A DNA stretch of 63,135 nt from Clostridia bacterium (GTDB lineage Bacteria; Bacillota; Clostridia; UMGS1883; UMGS1540). Where the stretch lies: positions 1-63,135 of the forward strand of contig JAZNHR010000025.1 of the NCBI GenBank assembly GCA_045577075.1. Reading direction: 5' to 3'. A model generated the notes under the pieces. It searched no databases. It had not been told where the DNA came from and saw only the letters and a list, made by a program, of their open reading frames with translations. The position numbers and the translations under genes are program-made. Positions 46,961 through 54,512 of the stretch are shown piece after piece. Within the stretch, counting starts at the first letter, position 1; every line of letters starts with the position of its first letter.

Positions 46961-47632
46961 ATGAAAATACATGCTATAGGAAGCCTTTCGGAACTGGAAA
47001 AGACGGAAAAAACGGGACTTTGCACCCTTCTTTATATGGAAAAGGGGAGGGGAAGAGTCCGCCTTGGGGACGCCGTTTATGAAGTAGGCACAGGCGAAGC
47101 GTTTTTGGTGCTTCCCGCCTTTTCCATAGAGAAGGTCGGGGACTGGCAAGGTGCAGAAGGGAAGTTTATCTCCTTTTCGGGCGGCGAAACACTTTCCACA
47201 GAAAACTGCACGCTGTATCCCGATGAAACGGCGAAACACTTGCTGCGGGAGAACACCAAAGAGAGTGCGGACGCGCTTTTTCTGCATCTTAAAAAAGAAT
47301 CCAATGAGAAAGCGTTTTCCCCAACGCTTCGGGCATATATGCGGGAAAACTTATACACACACCTTTCTCTGAAAGCGACGGCGGCAGACCTTGGCGTCAC
47401 CGTGCCGGCCTTGGAAAAGGCGTGCCGGGAGGCGTTTGGCCGTAGCTTTGGGGCGTATGTAGTGAAGGAACGACTGGAGCACGCAAAACATCTTTTGGCA
47501 AACCGAATGCTTTCTATATCGGACATTGCGCAGCGAATGGGGTATTCTTCTTCCCAGTATTTCTCCACGGCATTTAAAAAGGAGACAGGGCTTTCGCCTT
47601 CGGACTACCGAAAATATGTAATTAAACAATAA
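46961..47632 (+). CDS. AraC family transcriptional regulator
   Basis: C-terminal HTH ISDIAQRMGYSSSQYFSTAFKKETGLSPSDYR. Cupin-like N-terminus. Confidence 0.9.
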   Translation: MKIHAIGSLSELEKTEKTGLCTLLYMEKGRGRVRLGDAVYEVGTGEAFLVLPAFSIEKVGDWQGAEGKFISFSGGETLSTENCTLYPDETAKHLLRENTKESADALFLHLKKESNEKAFSPTLRAYMRENLYTHLSLKATAADLGVTVPALEKACREAFGRSFGAYVVKERLEHAKHLLANRMLSISDIAQRMGYSSSQYFSTAFKKETGLSPSDYRKYVIKQ

Positions 47633-47660
47633 AAAAGGGACAGTTTACTGTCCCTTTTTT
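47633..47660. terminator. bidirectional terminator between araC-like gene and rnpB
   Basis: AAAAGGGACAG-TTTA-CTGTCCCTTTT. Confidence 0.8.
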
Positions 47661-47664
47661 ATAT

Positions 47665-47996
47665 GAGCAAGCCTGTAAGCCGAGTTCTGTCAAAAGCAAT
47701 CATCTATCTACGCCGCACATCGCTATGCGGCTTTAGCCACCAGTCGAAGAAGCGCCGGGCCGGCTTATCTCTTCTGTCGGTGTTGCACCGAGTGGGGTTT
47801 ATACGGCCGGTATGTCGCCATACCGCCGGTGAGCTCTTACCTCGCCTTTCCATCCTTACCACAAAAAGTGGCGGTTGTTTTCTGTTACACTATCCTTAGA
47901 GTCGCCTCCACCAGACGTTATCTGGCACCCTTGCCCTATGGTGCTCGGACTTTCCTCACCAAAGCGAACGCTTTGCCGCGATTGCCCAGCTTACTC
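47665..47996 (-). ncRNA. rnpB: RNase P RNA
   Basis: Minus strand contains the universal P4 elements GAGGAAAGTCCGAGC and ACAGAACTCGGCTTACAG. P1 helix GAGTAAGC/GCTTGCTC defines the ends. The plus-strand track ORFs here are spurious. Confidence 0.9.
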
Positions 47997-48048
47997 ATAT
48001 GGATAGTATAACACAGGAAAGAGAGCGTTGTCAACGGTTTTCTGTCTT

Positions 48049-48762
48049 CTATTGGTGCATGAGCTGCCGGAGCCTTGTAATTGCCCGCTTTTCAGCTCTG
48101 GAAACCTGCACTTGGGAAAGACCAAGCAGTTTTGCGGTTTCGCTTTGTGTTTTATCCCTGAAATAGCGGCATAAAATCACGTTCTTTTCTGTTTCGTTGC
48201 CGGTATCCAGAAGCCGCAAAAGGGTAACGCGATCTGCTGCCTTTTCGGCGATGTCCTCGCCCTCGGCAAGCACGTCCCCAAGCTGTCCCTCGCCGTCCCC
48301 GATCGGTCGCTGGAGGGAGTCCGGGATTTGTACCGCTTCCATTGCCGCCGCAATTTCTTCCATGGGGACGCCAAGTGCTTCGGAAACAGCGGAAAGCGGC
48401 ACATCACCACCGGCTTTTTCAGAAAGGGTGCGGGCTGTGCTGGCGGCTTTTACGGCAAGCTCCCGTACGCTTCGGCTGACCTTTATGATGCCGCTGTCCC
48501 GAAGGTGCCGGCGTACCTCGCCCATGATCATAGGAACAGCATACGTGGACAGGGCAAGTCCTCGGGATAAATCAAACGCACGGACAGCTTTGATAAATCC
48601 AATTGCCCCAAGCTGAAAAAGGTCCTCGTCTTCTGTGCCTCTGCCACGAAAACGGGAGACCACGCTCCGAATCAGTGGCGCATTGTCTTTCGTGAGCGTT
48701 TCGAGCGCTGCTTCGTCACCGCTTTGTGCGGCACGAATCGCCTCGTATGTACCGTTATCCAT
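48049..48762 (-). CDS. sigF: RNA polymerase sporulation sigma factor SigF
   Basis: 237 aa sigma-70 group 3. Third gene after spoIIAA-spoIIAB. Confidence 0.9.
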   Translation of the reverse strand: MDNGTYEAIRAAQSGDEAALETLTKDNAPLIRSVVSRFRGRGTEDEDLFQLGAIGFIKAVRAFDLSRGLALSTYAVPMIMGEVRRHLRDSGIIKVSRSVRELAVKAASTARTLSEKAGGDVPLSAVSEALGVPMEEIAAAMEAVQIPDSLQRPIGDGEGQLGDVLAEGEDIAEKAADRVTLLRLLDTGNETEKNVILCRYFRDKTQSETAKLLGLSQVQVSRAEKRAITRLRQLMHQ

Positions 48763-49174
48763 GGATTCTTTTTGTCATTACAACGCGTGTTCCCTCGTCG
48801 AGCCGGGAGGAGACGGCGAGGCTGTCCATAAAGCTTTCCATCACGGTAAAGCCCATGCCGCTTCTCTCCAGATGCGGCTTTGAAGTATAGAGGGGGCGCA
48901 TCGCCTTTTCTACGTCCGCAATCCCTCTGCCCTTATCGCGGATGATAAAGGTCAAAAGAGAGCCCTTACATTCCATTTCCAGGCAGACCTTGCCACTTCT
49001 GCCCTCATAGCCGTGAATAATGGCATTGGTTACGGCTTCGCTCACGGCGGTTTTAATGTCGGCGAGCTCTTCCACCGTGGGGTCCAGCTGGGCGGCAAAA
49101 GCCGCCGCCGCAACCCGCGCAAACCCCTCGTTTACCGATTTTGCTTCTAAAATAATTTTCACCTTGTTTTCCAT
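48755..49174 (-). CDS. spoIIAB: anti-sigma F factor (serine kinase) SpoIIAB
   Basis: 139 aa. Motifs [14 protein letters not shown] and RSGMGFTVM. Confidence 0.92.
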   Translation of the reverse strand: MENKVKIILEAKSVNEGFARVAAAAFAAQLDPTVEELADIKTAVSEAVTNAIIHGYEGRSGKVCLEMECKGSLLTFIIRDKGRGIADVEKAMRPLYTSKPHLERSGMGFTVMESFMDSLAVSSRLDEGTRVVMTKRIHG

Positions 49175-49185
49175 CGTTTTCCTCC

Positions 49186-49521
49186 TTAAAGTCCGGCCGC
49201 GGCGGCGCTGACTGTTTCATACACGGGAATGATTTTATAAATCCCTGCAAGGGAAAGGAGCTTATCCGCCTCTTTTGACGGAGCTGCAATGCGCGTCGTG
49301 CCCCCAAGGGCGGCAATCATTTTATACCGTCCGATTAAAATACCAAGCCCGGAACTATCCATAAAGCGAAGCTGGGAAAGGTCGAAAATCAGATTCCGCA
49401 TGCCTGCGGCACTTATGCGGCTTTCAAGCTCTTCACGTACATAGGAAGCGTTGTGATGGTCCAGCTCTCCGCGAAGCGTTGCCACCAGCGCTCTCCCCGT
49501 AGTTTTACATACGACTTCCAT
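49186..49521 (-). CDS. spoIIAA: anti-sigma F factor antagonist SpoIIAA (STAS)
   Basis: ATG 49521 ([23 protein letters not shown]) after AGGAGG. Phosphorylatable DSSGLG motif. Confidence 0.9.
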   Translation of the reverse strand: MEVVCKTTGRALVATLRGELDHHNASYVREELESRISAAGMRNLIFDLSQLRFMDSSGLGILIGRYKMIAALGGTTRIAAPSKEADKLLSLAGIYKIIPVYETVSAAAAGL

Positions 49522-49566
49522 AAATAGCCCTCCTAAATCTGGAAATTTTTTACAGATAAATGGAGT

Positions 49567-49619
49567 ATTCGCCCTCAAAAATAAAAATCCTTCCGCAAAA
49601 AAACACTACCTTTGTCGAA
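49567..49619 (-). promoter_or_regulatory. sigma-H-type promoter with upstream Spo0A box for the spoIIA operon
   Basis: Minus strand: AGGATTT (49591-49585), 13-nt spacer, CGAAT (49571-49567). 0A box TGTCGAA on the plus strand at 49613-49619. Confidence 0.55.
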
Positions 49620-49703
49620 TGGGTTTTTTTGGAAGAAAATTCAAAAAATTATGTAAACCAAAACAAAAGCAAACCAAAGCAGTAGCGAAAACCCTGAAAA
49701 AAG

Positions 49704-49800
49704 TTTTCCACATGAAAATGCCCTTTTTATCAAGTTATCCAATAAGTTATCCACATTATCCACACGAAAATGGCAGGTAAATTTCGGAATATGTGGAAAA
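49704..49800. promoter_or_regulatory. cluster of five DnaA boxes
   Basis: TTTTCCACA 49704-49712. TTATCCAAT 49735-49743. Two perfect abutting TTATCCACA at 49747-49755 and 49756-49764. Inverted TGTGGAAAA 49792-49800. Confidence 0.7.
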
Positions 49801-49954
49801 CTAAAAAGCGCATTTTTTCTGCGAAAATAGAGGTTTACAAAATTCTCATACTTCAGAAGAAAATAACAAAAAAATTTACGGAAAATCATGGAAATCTGTG
49901 ATTTGCTCTTTTATATTCCGCCCATATGTGCTATAATACGCAGTAAGAGGTGAA

Positions 49955-51940
49955 ATGTTCAAAATGAAGAAACGAATTGTATGCTTATGCCTGCTTTTAC
50001 AGTTTATTTTACCTGTTCGTGCGGCGGAAATATGGTCGGAGAAAACAGAAAAAATTGTAACCGAAGGCGTACGGCTAATACAGGAAGAACAGTTTTCGAC
50101 GGGTGGTTGGCAAAGTGTACACATACTGGAAATTGACCTTACAAATGAAAATTTGGAGCTTTCCACGCTTTTTGACAGCCGCGGTATAAGTAAAAGCAAA
50201 ACCGTGCTGAAAATGGCAGAAGAAAATGGAGTGGTAGCAGCTATAAATGGGGACTTTTTCAACTGGACGGGCACGCCGCTCGGATTTACTGTGCAGGACG
50301 GCAAGGTAATTTCCTCTCCTTCCCATGACCCGGGCCTTGCCGCGTTTATGGAAACCGAGGACGGGAGCGTGCTTTTTGACTATGTGGATATGTCGCTCTT
50401 TGTTACTTGCCCTGCAGGGTATAAGGCAGAAATTATTCATATCAATAAATACCATTCCATGCAGTCCATGGTGCTGTATACATCCGATTGGGGCAAAAAA
50501 ACGCCCGGCAGCCATGACGGTGTTTCCGAGCTTGTAGTCATAGATGGCATTGTACAGGAAATCCGTCTGGAGCAAGACGGCGTGGAAGTGCCGGAAAACG
50601 GCTATGTTCTAGCAACGTCTACCAAGACGAGCACATATCTTGTGGATAATTTCAAGCCGGGTGATGCGGTGGAGCTTTCCTACAGTCTTATGCCTGATAT
50701 TGAAAATATAAAGACTGCAATTGGAGGCGGTTCGGTACTGGTTAAAGACGGCAAACGTGCGGAATTTACCAATATTATTTCCGGCACACATCCGAGAACG
50801 GCAATCGGCATTGATAAGACGGGCGAAAAATTGTTTTTAGTCGCGGTAGACGGCAGGCAGACGGCCATGGCAGGCTTTACCCAGACACAGCTTGCAGAGT
50901 ACATGATTTCCCTCGGCGCTTATGGGGCACTGAATTTGGACGGCGGCGGCAGTACTACCATGGTGGCGAGAAACGGGGAAACGGGGACCCTTGAGGTTGT
51001 CAACACGGTTTCGGACGGCGCGCAACGTCCCGTTTCTACCGGCGTTGGCGTGCAGTTTACGGGGGAAGTAGGCACATTTACTTCTCTCAAAATCAGCGTC
51101 CATGGCAGTCCCGTTCTTGAAGGCGGCGAAGCGCATATAAGCCTTGGTGCCTATGATGAGTATCATAACCCCGTATATATAGCAGACAGAGAAATCACCT
51201 ATACGTCGGACGATGGCGACTTTGTTGGTAACGTATTTTATCCGGCGCATATCGGAAAATGTACAATAGAGGTCGCGTGTGACGGCGTTACGGCATCGAA
51301 AGAGATTGACGTTTTGCCGCGGCCGACTGCCTTTGCAGAAGAAAAACCAAAAAGCGGCGAAAGTGTTTTGATTTTGCCCGGCAAAGGCGCGGAAAATACT
51401 TTCCTTGCCGGACTTGTAAATAAGAGGCTTACCCAAATGGCAGACAGTGAGGAAACTGTGTTTGCATTCGGACAATATAAGGGCACGGCGGCAAGGGAAG
51501 TATCACGCTTTTCTGCGACAGAGCTAGAAAACAGCCTGTTTGTCACCATAGATGCAGGGCTCGGCAGTATTCGGGAAGTGGACAGCGCGCAGTGGCGATA
51601 CATTTTAGAGCTTTGTGAGAAAACGGACAAGAGAAACGTATTTTTCCTGCTGTCTGCACCCATTTCTGCGTTTACTGACGCTAAAGAAGCGGCACTTTTT
51701 GAGCGTGTGCTTTCGGAAACCTTGCGCGGACAAGGGACGGACGTATTTGTCATTACCACAGGCGAGAAAACAGAGCTTACGGAGAAAAACGGAATTCGTT
51801 ATATTTCTGTTGCGAAAACGGCAGCTATATCTGCCGAGCATTTATTTGACGATGCAAAGCAATGCGGCGTTCGCCTGACAGTCGAAGGCGACAGTGTGCA
51901 TTTTGAAACGGTACCGCTTTGGACACGGGAGGGACAGTAA
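49955..51940 (+). CDS. secreted phosphodiester glycosidase family protein (DUF2233/NAGPA-like) with Ig-like repeat
   Basis: 661 aa with signal peptide. Motifs AAINGDFF, RTAIGIDKTG..LVAVDGRQ and ALNLDGGGS. An extended -10 TGcTATAAT lies at 49929-49937. Confidence 0.8.
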   Translation: MFKMKKRIVCLCLLLQFILPVRAAEIWSEKTEKIVTEGVRLIQEEQFSTGGWQSVHILEIDLTNENLELSTLFDSRGISKSKTVLKMAEENGVVAAINGDFFNWTGTPLGFTVQDGKVISSPSHDPGLAAFMETEDGSVLFDYVDMSLFVTCPAGYKAEIIHINKYHSMQSMVLYTSDWGKKTPGSHDGVSELVVIDGIVQEIRLEQDGVEVPENGYVLATSTKTSTYLVDNFKPGDAVELSYSLMPDIENIKTAIGGGSVLVKDGKRAEFTNIISGTHPRTAIGIDKTGEKLFLVAVDGRQTAMAGFTQTQLAEYMISLGAYGALNLDGGGSTTMVARNGETGTLEVVNTVSDGAQRPVSTGVGVQFTGEVGTFTSLKISVHGSPVLEGGEAHISLGAYDEYHNPVYIADREITYTSDDGDFVGNVFYPAHIGKCTIEVACDGVTASKEIDVLPRPTAFAEEKPKSGESVLILPGKGAENTFLAGLVNKRLTQMADSEETVFAFGQYKGTAAREVSRFSATELENSLFVTIDAGLGSIREVDSAQWRYILELCEKTDKRNVFFLLSAPISAFTDAKEAALFERVLSETLRGQGTDVFVITTGEKTELTEKNGIRYISVAKTAAISAEHLFDDAKQCGVRLTVEGDSVHFETVPLWTREGQ

Positions 51941-52848
51941 TGCGTTACCTTATAGGTATTGATGAAGAGCGTGGCGAAGGTGTACTTTGTACGGAAACGG
52001 GCATTGCGTTGCGGCATGTAAAAACGGAAAACGGGGATGTACTTCGGCTCATCGAAAATATGACAGAAAAAATGCCCGTTCCCACAAGGCAAACGGCGAT
52101 ACATATTTGCCTTGGGGACAGGGCGGACGGCGCGGCGTGTGACAGACTTGAGGCAGAAATTACAGCCAAAATGGGAGAGAAGACGGCGGTAGCTTGTGAG
52201 GATAGAATGGTGCACCGCCTATATAGCTGTTTTGAAAAGGATGAGCCGGGGGTTGTGCTGTATGCATTTCCCGATGCCGGTGCCGGCAGACTACATGAAG
52301 GCGGTCTTGCAGTTGTTGGCGGCATGGGCGCACCCGTTTGGAGTGCGGGCAGTTGTTATCTTCTGGCGGCAGACACCATTCGGGCGGCACTTTCTGCGGC
52401 AGATAAAACCGGGCGGCCGACGGTGCTTACGTCCCTTTTGGAGCAGGCGGTGGGGCTGCCAATTGAGGATGTAAGGCAAGAAATCAGCAAAATGACAGAC
52501 GAAAAAATTGCTTCCTATGCAAGGCTTGCGGCAAAGGGCAACGCGTTAGGAGATGCGGTGGCAACAGAGCTGTGCGAGGCGATGACCGCGCCCCTTGCCG
52601 AATATGTGCGCGCCTTGTCTTTGTCGGGAGAAAGTGTGGCGGTAAAAATAACGGAAGTCCCAAGCTTTCTCCGTCCCTTTCTAAAAAAAGAACTTGGGAA
52701 ACTGCTTGGGAAAGGCTTTACCCTCTCCTTTTCGGATGCACCGATTTTGCTAGGCGGCGTGCGCCGGGCAGGCGAGATGCTTGGACTTTCCTGCGGTGCG
52801 GACTTTTGCCGAACATTTCTGGAAACATATTCAGTTGTAAGAAAATAA
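51940..52848 (+). CDS. BadF/BadG/BcrA/BcrD-type ATPase-like protein (GlcNAc-kinase-like), degenerate phosphate-1 motif
   Basis: ATG 51940 overlaps the upstream TAA (TAATG) and follows GGGAGGG. N-terminus reads YLIGIDEERGEG where the family has GIDGGGTKT. Family assignment is weak. Confidence 0.45.
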   Translation: MRYLIGIDEERGEGVLCTETGIALRHVKTENGDVLRLIENMTEKMPVPTRQTAIHICLGDRADGAACDRLEAEITAKMGEKTAVACEDRMVHRLYSCFEKDEPGVVLYAFPDAGAGRLHEGGLAVVGGMGAPVWSAGSCYLLAADTIRAALSAADKTGRPTVLTSLLEQAVGLPIEDVRQEISKMTDEKIASYARLAAKGNALGDAVATELCEAMTAPLAEYVRALSLSGESVAVKITEVPSFLRPFLKKELGKLLGKGFTLSFSDAPILLGGVRRAGEMLGLSCGADFCRTFLETYSVVRK

Positions 52849-52850
52849 AA

Positions 52851-52884
52851 AAACAGCTCGCCATTAGCGAGCTGTTTTCGTTTG
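52851..52884. terminator. bidirectional terminator (convergent with mgtE)
   Basis: AAACAGCTCGC-CATTA-GCGAGCTGTTT. Confidence 0.8.
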
Positions 52885-52885
52885 C

Positions 52886-54220
52886 CTAAATATGTAGAAT
52901 CATTTTTGCCACGGTAAAATAAAGCGCAAGAGCGCAGATGTCCACGATAGTGGTAATAATGGGGGAGGCCATAATGGCAGGGTCAAGCCCCAGCTTTTTT
53001 GCGCCGATAGGGAGAAGACAGCCGACAGATTTTGCAATAATTACTGTTGCCAATAAACTGATGCCGACTACAAGGCCGAGGGCAAAATTATGGTCATAGA
53101 AAAGATAGATGCGAAGGAGACTAACGAGAGCGAGAACGATGCCGCATAAAACGGCAATGCGAATCTCACGCCACCAGACTCTAAGGGCATCTCGCCCTTC
53201 GATTTCGCCAAGGGAAAGACCGCGGATAATAAGGGTTGAAGCCTGCGACCCACAGTTACCGCCCGTATTCATCAGCATGGGCATAAACGATACTAAAATG
53301 GGCATAACGGCGAAAGAATCCTGAAATTTCGTTAAGATTGAACCGGCGAAAATGGACGACAGCATCAGGAGCACCAGCCAAAGCACGCGGCGCTTTGCGT
53401 GGGCAAAAACGCCGGTTTTGAGGTACGGCGCTTCCGAAGGGGTCATAGCCGCCATAAGTTCAAAGTCCTCGGTGTTTTCCTGCTGCAAAACCTCCACGGC
53501 ATCGTCAATAGTGATGATGCCAACAAGCCGCCGTTCCCGGTCTACAACGGGCAGGGACAAAAAGTCATATTTCTGGAAAAGGTTTGCGATGGTTTCTCTG
53601 TCCTCGTCCGTGGAAACATAGATGACGTTTGTATCCATTATATCGCCGACAAGGGCATCCGTGTGCGCCAGAAGTAAATCCTTGGCAGTAACAATCCCCT
53701 CGAGTTTCCTGTTTTCATCCATGACGTAGCAGGTATAAATTGTTTCTTTATCCGGGCCGGTGCGGCGAATGGTGTCAAATGCCGCCCCCACGGTCATTTC
53801 CTTTTTCAGACCCACAAACTCAATGGTCATAAGACTCCCTGCGGAGTCATCCTCATACTTCAGAAAGCGGTTTATAAGTGCGCGTTTTTGCCCGGTGGTA
53901 TTTGCAAGCACACGCTTTACAACGTTTGCCGGCATTTCCTCAATAAAGTCAACGGCGTCATCGAGGAAAAGCTCGTCAATAATGCCGGAAAGCTCACGGT
54001 CCGTAATGCTTTCCACAATATGCATCTGCGTATCCGTTTCCATATAGCTGAAAACGTCCGCTGCCATACCTTTCGGGAGAAGTCGGAACACCCTTACGCA
54101 GTCTTCGTCCTCCAGCTCGTCAAAAAGCTCTGCCACGTCAACAATGTTCGCTTCCTCCAAAATAGAGCGAATTTTCATGTATTGCCGTGTTCTTAAAAGT
54201 TCTACAATGTTTTCAAACAT
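52886..54220 (-). CDS. mgtE: magnesium transporter MgtE
   Basis: 444 aa. N domain, tandem CBS domains, and TM domain with the GNCGSQ motif. Confidence 0.95.
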   Translation of the reverse strand: MFENIVELLRTRQYMKIRSILEEANIVDVAELFDELEDEDCVRVFRLLPKGMAADVFSYMETDTQMHIVESITDRELSGIIDELFLDDAVDFIEEMPANVVKRVLANTTGQKRALINRFLKYEDDSAGSLMTIEFVGLKKEMTVGAAFDTIRRTGPDKETIYTCYVMDENRKLEGIVTAKDLLLAHTDALVGDIMDTNVIYVSTDEDRETIANLFQKYDFLSLPVVDRERRLVGIITIDDAVEVLQQENTEDFELMAAMTPSEAPYLKTGVFAHAKRRVLWLVLLMLSSIFAGSILTKFQDSFAVMPILVSFMPMLMNTGGNCGSQASTLIIRGLSLGEIEGRDALRVWWREIRIAVLCGIVLALVSLLRIYLFYDHNFALGLVVGISLLATVIIAKSVGCLLPIGAKKLGLDPAIMASPIITTIVDICALALYFTVAKMILHI

Positions 54221-54422
54221 AAAAAAAGCCTCCCTTCTACCTAGGGCGGCAAGCAGGAAACGGGGGCGGCAGAAAGCCGTCCGTCAGTTTTTCAATATGC
54301 CACCCGAAGAGGGCGGTCTATGCTATCGGAAAGACTTGCAGACTGCCCCCGTAAACAAAGTTTTCATCCATAATCGACCGGGATATCCGTCCACAAGCTC
54401 ACTTCCTTTTCTCCTAAATTCT
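54221..54422 (-). promoter_or_regulatory. structured 5' leader of mgtE with terminator/RBS-sequestering hairpin (candidate riboswitch, class not recognised)
   Basis: Terminator GCCGCCCU-AGGUAGA-AGGGAGGC followed by U7 and then AUG (54250-54221) contains the RBS. Long-range helix ACGGGGGC (54352-54345) pairs with GCCCCCGU (54267-54260). Hairpin CCGCCC/GGGUGG at 54300-54316. The CCGCCCU heptamer occurs twice. Confidence 0.55.
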
Positions 54423-54428
54423 TTTACC

Positions 54429-54457
54429 AGTATATCACAAAAAATCGAGTTTGTAAA
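54429..54457 (-). promoter_or_regulatory. sigma-A promoter of the mgtE leader
   Basis: Minus strand: TTTACA (54457-54452), 17-nt spacer, TATACT (54434-54429). Confidence 0.65.
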
Positions 54458-54476
54458 GATTTTTAAAAGAAAAAAT

Positions 54477-54504
54477 GCCTTGCAAAGGAATTCCTTTGCA
54501 AGGC
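54477..54504 (-). terminator. intrinsic terminator after pcrA
   Basis: Perfect 12-bp palindrome GCCTTGCAAAGG-AATT-CCTTTGCAAGGC, followed by TTTTTT on the minus strand. Confidence 0.85.
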
Positions 54505-54512
54505 ACCGGTGT

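Noticed and set aside
49641-49889. 82-aa minus-strand ORF, and a 37-aa plus-strand ORF starting at 49791, in the DnaA-box region (considered as a possible sda-like checkpoint peptide)
   Set aside because: No Shine-Dalgarno for either. A/T-rich, F/K-rich translations with no resemblance to Sda. The reading frames are built from the DnaA-box repeats themselves.
49600-49950. DnaA-box cluster as the chromosomal origin oriC
   Set aside because: No dnaA, dnaN, rpmH or gidA nearby. There are only five boxes in about 100 bp, with no clear 13-mer-type unwinding repeats. It cannot be fully excluded without the whole genome, so it is reported as a non-oriC cluster.
54300-54385. 17-codon leader ORF (MDENFVYGGSLQVFPIA) in the mgtE leader, considered as an mgtL-like peptide
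   Set aside because: No RBS upstream, only one proline, and it overlaps the strongest helices. Probably fortuitous.
54221-54422. M-box (ykoK) Mg2+ riboswitch upstream of mgtE
   Set aside because: The conserved GUUAGGUGAGGCUCCU and CUAAAGCUCUACG segments are absent on visual scan, so the leader is reported as an unclassified element instead.
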